Source of the DNA: a virus
Strand: one strand, 5' to 3'
IMG/VR virus record: IMGVR_UViG_3300025131_000005
DNA length: 64,000 bases
Shown piece after piece: positions 59,101 through 64,000 of this stretch; position 1 is the stretch's first letter, and every line of letters begins with the position of its first letter. A program made the translations under genes and the position numbers. The notes below the pieces were generated by a model, which worked only from the letters and a program-made list of their open reading frames with translations, did not search any database and was not told the DNA's origin.

Positions 59101-59533
59101 ATCAGATTTTCAACAAAAGGGAGGCAATATTGGTATCAATAAATCAGCTTTGGATAGAATATCAACTTCGAAAGCAGATAATGCAATTGTGTCCTTTTTT
59201 CAAAATTTGACACCAAAATTAATTTTAAAAGGATTCGTGCAGACGACAGATCCGGCATGGAAACGAGCCTTTCAGATTCAGGGTCTAACGGGAGTAAGTG
59301 ATAAATATTTACCGGGAATTATGGCGGCTATTCGCCCCATTCCTCTTATACCACCTCCATTTGGCGATCCGTCTGCCCCTATTACACCTTTTGGGATGGT
59401 TTATTTAGGACTGAGTGCACTGGAGCCTCTTAGCGAAAATCACAATGCCAACAACCCCATCATTCCAGATACTGGTATCGATGTGACTGTGTGCGAATCC
59501 GACGATCCACAAGATTCGGCAGACGAAAGTTAA
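50138..59533 (+). CDS. Giant (3131 aa) hypothetical protein in the tail/baseplate module
   Basis: Uninterrupted ORF; SH3-like IIGRLPNGAQVQVVREG near the N-terminus; otherwise unrecognised. Confidence 0.75.
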   Translation: MADIIGLTDEGLLTSDAFDFWDQPKAAALFQKISGPPPDGAGAHAYNPETSQLLISDSADFNEISTLTIPLDEEGKVNVYLGIVEGNHTVEESLYDNDAFKNPATHSPAFKNNGFLTLYYLVRTTVDMGVPFNTENVLKSVLGDKYEQFTTTSITDASSATLSFEIDISTISVNFEPIDEPDIPAPRTISHLDFVAFISKYPHVYTLGQDRINALQLLTENDGPPNSTTLITVESDEFKPSEVSRWQPIQKSQATHYVYFGTPGTPDVDDKYATMRTGYIKTTNNNSSITKKQDIFEASTGNYAIFKGAPIIGRLPNGAQVQVVREGFGKGALFSQFKLKYYPKNHEHTFIKSGYPKFIDSRTLMPFGNVSEKTNEEFDFLTIPKIEVPEPDPNFIEPDWTQKDDCEPWLNEKTNEYCIMYEHRGKNLPGTSDKEMIRRKGVIRLLSYYDKKRSPGFVDKLLELNNGLFARIVEESSSSRKDKTYKFLIGIPRTYFEHPFLDVNPYRIDNPSLEKLSTEHKKIDYWWVIKTNKIEKWIDDTIRVVSRDFKKRLSKANSQLDPKFIVNMEVENLKKFLPALKEFMFLNDATLQTDRADGLIFGFDFRHRLKMVLYQQTNYEPPNKKLVVMSKKKSKSGRQKTQEGPSRYLGISLPCFRNPNKNPGCSPRTLAYLRFGQDMQSAVESDKYPGLELVLKYTIGPEISLFPSAPKKQEEGLSSEEISDKVQTIFDNKPKSGDKTIKTEKELKEETKKLINPAKRAKTYNSRKDVRINNFDTALSEMEKIFDGAVDSKGYYKRILNIIDIKNLISVAYTCLGKVLPVNDLKALIRKNVLKTIGYENLKAFVEILAEKKYLEEVCPNLIPFGVDPNTTTAASANFGEEGTPPPGLTDTKVSEDDEEAAAPKGLMEVVNDAIKSIEDDYLCYSNGEIKSALGPDFSKSIESLDNIPADLKNANIYAAAKQDADFRTKQQEKLLQELNVRLVDKLDHEGVLNCILKILDKYRDELEETLIAILSPPVPAILIRKLLHPEDFLNDILGQIRLFDPEGTIHRIENYTPTFEIPEAPRGHDDPLAQLDRALDQAFLLIASTIGGLVKTVIDEFLKLCEGANIVAAIESLTEKDNIENSIKPGLGTLPESTLDMSPWQLKKLKIFDRIGSAPSSLSGLQSNHPGELNIYDLLSDPSIDGEIFFNILEKMGKLPTSELMGESLNLLDELSRILKPSEICSIMLGEANEVIYKLIFKVIQATDLDGVSPSGYVYPNLRTVFDYTTEVKTFFLLLGSYIDLTFCSSVVSNIGVIIGSCERNLEDDWYCEQLKQKGYSEEDCKSILASKLNRDRKRLEHLGDLLMASDMTDLLGIPPLVSSFGRKGIISETPPYVQEITDKATDSLLDMARARFDLESRGLKGIFVDEVFIEGGDTDPEHKRMPEEGRDYIGESWAAIYGQVMCGDNYCNSNVPTSHPDAMKYYNNTWVSKGYKITDSSTWPQRDITVRKVAESLKLNLLLDNSNIQRYGPVNIYPNHFNGIEENEHNTTLEASNVPAKEHYTIINYHKMLESPFVRYKTVPAIGYHSISWEEHEAWYTSQDITWYTDNTPAGFNVISSTDPYAFMSMEAFMTETTAIMDFIGYDYDNSTTFNESFLRYGYEVVVPVISSASLAPLQQFKSKFPKSTAKLIEFAYPKYIQIKAQDFITKIPDLPIPFEIATSISNYPIDIMELRIYDRSSEFTNLNTQLAQSSDDTGDYPTFSIPLENITGDQNTVNLTEAADQLRDEILGSDEGVLDITDIDTAKILSYQQWLFSALFTDSFGSLIHEFDDIGDSTINRRRKFMKSCMKIYDLAFTNGVTNILTQVSTSPMFNIDVFDRLILSGKASLRELEDIICNEFSTSASTPPTLSDLLNTDSLKDLARLMTRDQECVEGAFEKALERIAVLAYIRVVLLENILRGLLIFTAVRPVDLLKDNLIFLKYMVYSIKSSTMRHSDIYFEKILNICLDMVLFDIGCSFGSTPITVLDKTIVFEDINDIYDYETDIKVNKKYNLQWVLEDPVGKNYLPELKETCLIYIIQQQIEEIDGPVSEILKISGIDYEKLELKNAILSMQRETNGKLLEDYWYSDLPLNLIDYDFYKPNNLVYEEVKYNVDVPTYIEELFGVPWEEDGESGFSGPYVMNPATEENTYFPAKLYHTFPLLHEVNEEIDEQDQLGSTVDINIDALDSLFDRYEELNINWEEDLIIGDNKINAGAFRSSIRKQNRSNFYKEPPATSVQGNQDTQTETGVQYSYITWAQLATFLDPIIQTAAAEGIIEPLEENDWGPGGVGGMISLTKWRDHHFGDWGTFVAAFGLASLGAAPYDFPPPDETLPGIKIPTAIWEQNSGVLFAKNIGDPDPSFADGDDFIEQLLGYNKAFSNKLTPLGAATKNGGFVIQRYLKLKLNKNKETFLFHFTDETGDESWLNWKLAFNFGFDGGTQYNINPAKSVLSLEGLADPNAEGGALFLSPQSQEIFNSGATQIVSDYYEVWYSQGHSYFSTKALDYAMLNSVLFSMIHLSGENITDSTLGTAYGDFITAPCITGIINPPDEANSGGGPGGDESETEWCAEWSADPTYGFFDHVKAGTYANRPLSDWFEDITIGQRLVYVFPHDLDVTKSPLDQLPPEIAVLVESEGLFNILETEDTLVHEQEAVLESWQIVSDAQGNGADILNTTYEMGPNHPGSFAKILRKNLTAEAEGIYSGDSENPYKFGTAGESLKEEMFSSRYLRQQEMVIEPNTSNIGLKRIYSLPIKGCFAEYSAKELLDTTYGQFVKYYAEKQGEIEKIQIEAGATPEKPYSFWTGLQDKVALEKLCKDYVTQDVLEVLLEEPPPGTYGTQEQQDLYKDCLGKIAMIKMKQIPGFVDNFCKITEMIMPSSLGADTKLGTLDEYLTEQLFNTEKGKLLSKYILSEDVIKNLALLHTIFFPVEPAVGMNNLFVSTKELLYNLGDSAGQYIDDYSYNGTSDFQQKGGNIGINKSALDRISTSKADNAIVSFFQNLTPKLILKGFVQTTDPAWKRAFQIQGLTGVSDKYLPGIMAAIRPIPLIPPPFGDPSAPITPFGMVYLGLSALEPLSENHNANNPIIPDTGIDVTVCESDDPQDSADES

Positions 59534-59589
59534 TTATAAAAGCGTAATGGTTAAATTTAAAGGTTAAAATTTATTTAGAATAAGTAATT

Positions 59590-59597
59590 ACTATTTA
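59590..59597 (+). promoter_or_regulatory. Candidate late-promoter motif ACTATTTA
   Basis: Directly before the GGAG RBS of the gp25-like gene. Confidence 0.5.
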
Positions 59598-59608
59598 GGA
59601 GATTAGAA

Positions 59609-59989
59609 ATGTATGGGATTGGTGCTAAATTACCACTATCAGTTGATAATGTTGATGGACATTTCGTTTTAATAAAAACATTAGTCGACGAAATAAAACA
59701 AAATCTATTTCATCTTATAATGACAAGTCCTGGCGAAAGAATAATGGATATTGATTTTGGTGTTGGTATAAGAAATTTTCTGTTTGAGCAGATGGTATCC
59801 CAAACAGAAGGAAGAATTGAATCCCGAATTTTAAGCCAAGTGGGGAAGTATATACCATTTATTGTGATAAATGATATACGTTTTGATTCAAATGACTATG
59901 AAAACTTATTAGGTATTGCAATTGTTTATCGAATTCCCAATCTTGGAAAGAGTGATACATTGAGATTGGATTTCGCTGAAAATAACTAA
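59609..59989 (+). CDS. Baseplate wedge protein, T4 gp25-like
   Basis: IKQNL..LIMTSPGERIMD.DFGVGI..FLFE. Confidence 0.9.
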   Translation: MYGIGAKLPLSVDNVDGHFVLIKTLVDEIKQNLFHLIMTSPGERIMDIDFGVGIRNFLFEQMVSQTEGRIESRILSQVGKYIPFIVINDIRFDSNDYENLLGIAIVYRIPNLGKSDTLRLDFAENN

Positions 59990-59992
59990 TTA
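59985..59992 (+). promoter_or_regulatory. Candidate late-promoter motif ACTAATTA
   Basis: About 20 nt before the gp6-like start and its GAGGT RBS. Confidence 0.4.
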
Positions 59993-60011
59993 ATATTGTT
60001 GAGGTATTAAC

Positions 60012-61817
60012 ATGGCAGTCAAAAAAACCGAAGAACTAGCAATCGACTATACTGCAAGAGACTTTACGTCGATTAGAAACGAATTAACAAGCTATGTCAA
60101 AAGATATTACGCAGATTCGTATAAAGATTTTAATGAAGCTTCCTTTGGTTCAATGATGCTCGATCTTGTTTCTTATGTGGGAGATATGTTATCTTTTTAT
60201 CTTGATTACCAAGCAAATGAATCTTTTCTTCGAACGGCTTTAGAATTTGATAATATCGTCAAGATTGCCAAGCAGATGGGATATAATTACAATGGTGTTC
60301 CTACATCTCATGGAGAAGTATCCTTTTTTATATTGGTACCAGCTAATTCTGTGGGCAGCGGTCCCGATACTAGATATTGCCCAGTTTTAAAAAGAGGATC
60401 GATAGTAGGTGCACCGGGGGGCTCAGTTTTTACCTTGGCACAAGATGTCAATTTTGCATCTAGTACAAATATTGTTGTCGGTACAGTTGATAATAGTACA
60501 GGAATTCCATTAACTTATGCTATCAAACAAACTGGTAGAGTTATTTCTGGTGAATTAGATGCGTATGAAACAACAATTGGAATTTACGAGAAGTTTTTGA
60601 GGGTGGAAGTACCGGGTGGGCGTATAATATCAGAAATTATTTCTGTCCATGATTCGAATGGTAACCAATATTTTGAAGTAGATTATTTGTCACAAGATGT
60701 TATCTATAAAGAGATAAGAAATCCAAATACGACATCTTCGGATTTAGCACCCTCAATATTTAAACCCGCTGCGGTACCTCGTCGATTTGTGGTCGATAGA
60801 ACCCCTAATCAACTATTTTTACAATTTGGTCATGGCAGCGAATCAGAAATAAAAACAGATCCAATAGCTGAACCAAGTAAAACTATTTTAAATTTACATG
60901 GTAGAGATTTTACCACTGATTTAACTTTTGATCCCTCTAATCTTATTAGTAGTGATAAATTGGGAGTTTCTCCTGCTAACACAACCCTGACAGTTATTTA
61001 TCGAAAGAGCACGGCCCAGACGTTGAATGCACCTGTTGGGACTATAACCCAAATTATCGATCCAAGAATAGAGTTTCAAAATCGTTTTAATCTAAATACA
61101 TCGCTAATTTCTAGTACTGAAAGTAGTTTGGAATGTTTGAATGAAGATTCTTTGGTAGGAGATAATGTTAATATAACTTCGGAAGAAGTTAAACAACGAG
61201 CTTACGGTGCATTTCATAATCAAAATAGAGCTGTTACTAAGCAAGATTACAAGACGTTGATTTATTCAATGCCGGAAAGATTTGGCAGTATATCACGATG
61301 CTCAATAGTGAGAGATAATGATTCTTTTAAGAGAAATTTAAATTTATTTATTTTATCTAAAGATAAGAATGGTGATTTCACTACATCTAATCAGACTATT
61401 AAACAAAATTTAAAATTCTGGTTAAATAAATATAGAATGATAAATGATTCTATTGATATATTAAATGGACGAATTATTAATTTTGGGGTAGAGTTTGAAG
61501 TTTTAAGTGAAAATAACGTTAATAATTATACTGTCTTACAGCGATGTTATTCTGCATTACAAGATTTATTCTCCACCAAAGCAAGTATGGGTGAACACTT
61601 AGTCATAACCACAATATATAAAAAGCTTAATGCAGTGGTTGGTGTAGCAGATACTACCGATGTTAAGATAGTGCGTAAATTGGGAACAAATTATTCTAGT
61701 TCTGCATATGATATCGCGAGCAATATTTCGGCAGATAAAAGGTATCTAAAATTACCCATTGACGCAGTGTATGAATTTAAATTTCCAAATTCAGATTTCA
61801 AGGGCGTTGTTTTATAA
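60012..61817 (+). CDS. Baseplate wedge protein, T4 gp6/baseplate-J-like
   Basis: DYTARDF.SIR..L, DFNEAS.G.M.LDL.SYVGD, NES, QNRAVT..DY. Confidence 0.9.
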   Translation: MAVKKTEELAIDYTARDFTSIRNELTSYVKRYYADSYKDFNEASFGSMMLDLVSYVGDMLSFYLDYQANESFLRTALEFDNIVKIAKQMGYNYNGVPTSHGEVSFFILVPANSVGSGPDTRYCPVLKRGSIVGAPGGSVFTLAQDVNFASSTNIVVGTVDNSTGIPLTYAIKQTGRVISGELDAYETTIGIYEKFLRVEVPGGRIISEIISVHDSNGNQYFEVDYLSQDVIYKEIRNPNTTSSDLAPSIFKPAAVPRRFVVDRTPNQLFLQFGHGSESEIKTDPIAEPSKTILNLHGRDFTTDLTFDPSNLISSDKLGVSPANTTLTVIYRKSTAQTLNAPVGTITQIIDPRIEFQNRFNLNTSLISSTESSLECLNEDSLVGDNVNITSEEVKQRAYGAFHNQNRAVTKQDYKTLIYSMPERFGSISRCSIVRDNDSFKRNLNLFILSKDKNGDFTTSNQTIKQNLKFWLNKYRMINDSIDILNGRIINFGVEFEVLSENNVNNYTVLQRCYSALQDLFSTKASMGEHLVITTIYKKLNAVVGVADTTDVKIVRKLGTNYSSSAYDIASNISADKRYLKLPIDAVYEFKFPNSDFKGVVL

Positions 61818-63475
61818 TGGCAATAAAAAAATATATAGCAACTAAAGATACCACCATAACAAATGCTTTTGATCCAAATCTCCGGACTAGGGCGACTGGA
61901 GCCAACATGGGAGCTTCTGATGTGATGGAGGTTTTTTCCATATATGGGCAGATGATTTCTTCTGGTTCCACTATCGGTTTTTCTAAGACACAAGAATTAT
62001 CTAGGATTTTGGTTCAATTTGATAGTGCCCAAATGAGAACTGATAGAACCACCGTGCTTCCGGAATCCGGCAGTGTAAAATTTTATTTACGTCTTTTTAA
62101 TGCCAAACATGGTCAAACAACTCCTGAAGATCCCAAATATGTTGTTACTCCGCTAAGCCGCACTTGGGAAGAAGGCTATGGGATGGATATAGATGATTAC
62201 ACGGATTTAACTAAGGATGGCGTGGGCGCAAATTGGATAAAAAGTGCGGGGACTACTAGTTGGACAAATATTGGCGGTGATTATTTAAATGCATATGAAA
62301 AGACTCAGACCTTAACGAAAGCTAATCAAGATATTGAATTAGATATCACCGATATTGTTGAAAAATGGATTACTGGCTCAAGCGGCGGCGGCTTTTCAAA
62401 TTATGGACTTGGGATCCATTTAACATCAAGTCAAGAAGCGTTTTTTTCCAGTTCTCTTGGTGTTGATTTAAGTTCTTCGATTCAAAATCCAGATGGAGCT
62501 AAAAGATCTTACTATACTAAGAAATTCTTTGCACGTAAAACACAATTTTTCTTTAAACGTCCTGTAGTCGAAGCAAGGTGGGATTCTTCTCTTAAAGATG
62601 ACCGGGCAAAGACTTTTTATAGTAGTAGCCTTCTTCCAGCGACGGATAATCTTAATAAATTCTTCGTGTATAATTATGTCAATGGGCAACTTAAAACTTT
62701 TGGTGATCCATGGGGATATAAACAAGGTGCTATGGTACCGCCTGTTTTTGTTCAATTATTTTCCGGCTCTACTGATAATACGAAACCGTCTGGTTCTGCA
62801 TTAAACGTTGTTACGAGTGTTTCAAATGTTTCTGAGGATACCCCAACTGTAATTAGTGGTGGTTTTGTATTAGCTAATAAACAATCATTGCCTGATACTA
62901 TGGGTATATATTCGGCGTCATTCGCCATTACGGCGTCTTCTCCGGCACTTACACGAATATTTGATGTCTGGTACCTAAATGAGTCCGGAGTACCAGGAAC
63001 AGTCATTTACACGGGTTCTTTCGCTCCATCAACTTATGGGTTATCTAGTGTTTCCACACAGCCTGAATATGTCTTTAATATAACTAATCTTAAAGATTCA
63101 TATTTGAACAATGAAAAAGCACGCTTTGAACTTTTTGCAAGACGAAAGGATTGGAATCCATCAATCTACACTGTAGCTAATGCAGATCCACAGAATTTTA
63201 TTTTGGAAGATATTTATTATAGAGTTACGAGAATAATTGATGGTACACTGGCAATATCCTTTGGTACTGGAAGCTCCACTCCGCAGAGTAATGGTTCTGC
63301 TGGTTCATATACAAGATTATCTTATGACGCCTCTGGCTCTTATTTCGATTTAGATATGTCACTTCTTGAGCCTGGATATGGCTATAAGCTAGAATTTGTT
63401 TATTTTAATAACAATAACTATGCAAATGTAAGAGACGAGTTTAAATTTAGAGTCGAGGAAGATTTAGATGGCTAA
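61817..63475 (+). CDS. Probable virion structural protein
   Basis: KDTTI...N.G..D..E start, SR.L.QFD, W..G.D, DITDIV..W, RP..EARWD; follows gp6. Confidence 0.65.
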   Translation: MAIKKYIATKDTTITNAFDPNLRTRATGANMGASDVMEVFSIYGQMISSGSTIGFSKTQELSRILVQFDSAQMRTDRTTVLPESGSVKFYLRLFNAKHGQTTPEDPKYVVTPLSRTWEEGYGMDIDDYTDLTKDGVGANWIKSAGTTSWTNIGGDYLNAYEKTQTLTKANQDIELDITDIVEKWITGSSGGGFSNYGLGIHLTSSQEAFFSSSLGVDLSSSIQNPDGAKRSYYTKKFFARKTQFFFKRPVVEARWDSSLKDDRAKTFYSSSLLPATDNLNKFFVYNYVNGQLKTFGDPWGYKQGAMVPPVFVQLFSGSTDNTKPSGSALNVVTSVSNVSEDTPTVISGGFVLANKQSLPDTMGIYSASFAITASSPALTRIFDVWYLNESGVPGTVIYTGSFAPSTYGLSSVSTQPEYVFNITNLKDSYLNNEKARFELFARRKDWNPSIYTVANADPQNFILEDIYYRVTRIIDGTLAISFGTGSSTPQSNGSAGSYTRLSYDASGSYFDLDMSLLEPGYGYKLEFVYFNNNNYANVRDEFKFRVEEDLDG

Positions 63476-64000
63476 ATTTAGTAAAACGATAGGTGGATAC
63501 AAGCCAAACCCCGGAGCAGCCGGGAGTGGAGACACCACTGCGTATGATTCGACACTCACTAGTGCTGAATTCCCCGGCCAAAAATCTATCTTTAGTGGTA
63601 GTACTCCAAATTCAATTACAGCAGATGCAGAATCTGTAGAATACCTCGAAGTACTTAATACTAAAGAAGATAGGTTTATTCCTCATATAAATTTTGCTAC
63701 GGCTTCGAATTTTGCAAAGTTTGGATCTGCAAAAAAGTATTATGGAGACGCTTTTGTACGCATTCATAATTTTTATCCCTATGATGGTTCTAAGAAAGAG
63801 GCAGTTCAATGGGAATTATCATCTTCTTATTTAGATAGATATATTTTTAAAAATGAATACCCCCGAACGACTGGTTATATTACGGTGGGAAGTTCTCGCA
63901 GAGCCGCTGGGATAATTGCTGCACCCCCGTTTAATTTTTTTAGCTCCAGCAATCCTGAATATGTATATTTTAAAGGAGGTCCCAATCCGGATCCATTTGG
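63468..64000 (+). CDS. Probable large virion protein, 3'-truncated by window edge
   Basis: Hand translation from ATG 63468 (MAKFSKTIGG...NFAKFGSAKKYY...YPYDGS...EYPRTTGYI) is open to base 64000. Confidence 0.75.
   Translation, partial: MAKFSKTIGGYKPNPGAAGSGDTTAYDSTLTSAEFPGQKSIFSGSTPNSITADAESVEYLEVLNTKEDRFIPHINFATASNFAKFGSAKKYYGDAFVRIHNFYPYDGSKKEAVQWELSSSYLDRYIFKNEYPRTTGYITVGSSRRAAGIIAAPPFNFFSSSNPEYVYFKGGPNPDPF

Noticed and set aside
59609-59989. Lysozyme activity for the gp25-like protein
   Set aside because: The family label is historical; gp25 is a structural sheath-initiating wedge protein.
552-63809. Numerous 60-150 aa ORFs antisense to or nested within long genes (e.g. 552-998, 18852-19088, 42389-42925)
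   Set aside because: No motifs or RBS; expected shadows of the real genes.
1-64000. Cellular chromosome origin suggested by the FtsZ-like, neuB, rfbB and iscA genes
   Set aside because: No dcw cluster, ribosomal or other housekeeping genes; gp55/gp5/gp25/gp6-like genes and dense orphans indicate a phage.
1-64000. Stop-codon recoding, as in some large phages
   Set aside because: The standard code yields long, abutting ORFs up to 3131 aa, and genes end in TAA, TAG and TGA at sensible places.
1-64000. tRNA or structured ncRNA genes
   Set aside because: Intergenic gaps are mostly under 100 nt and AT-rich, and no cloverleaf or T-loop motif was noticed; tRNAscan-SE/Infernal would be needed to exclude them.

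Overview
AT-rich, gene-dense segment of a large tailed bacteriophage with T4-like modules: gp55-like late sigma factor, gp5-like OB-fold/peptidoglycan hydrolase, gp25 and gp6 baseplate proteins, PIN-PhoH. No rRNA, tRNA, CRISPR array or IS was recognised, and the standard genetic code gives long, abutting ORFs. Layout: (1) 275-9475, minus strand: nucleotide-metabolism enzymes, short genes sharing an MKLLxExWRxYxxE leader that is conserved even at DNA level, a tubulin/FtsZ-family gene, and two lipoproteins, one with Cys/Asp repeats plus a vWA domain. (2) 9554-20250, plus strand: a Pol-beta nucleotidyltransferase, a ligase-like/HxGH nucleotidyltransferase fusion, and large mosaic proteins punctuated by L/I-x-E motifs, probably head-packaged. 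(3) 20227-24065: protease, PhoH, zincin, PD-(D/E)XK nuclease. (4) 24079-44503: ~20 kb glycan island with about 8 glycosyltransferase genes, a split HldE-like heptose module, NeuB, and enzymes fitting a yersiniose-type branched deoxysugar route; it contains a perfect 204-bp duplication that truncates one GT paralog. (5) 44518-64000: late sigma factor and tail/baseplate genes including a 3131-aa orphan. All assignments come from motifs read by eye; no database search was run. Most promising candidates for a new system: a shuffleable, leader-tagged set of putatively injected enzymes, and phage-encoded synthesis of an unusual branched-sugar glycan.
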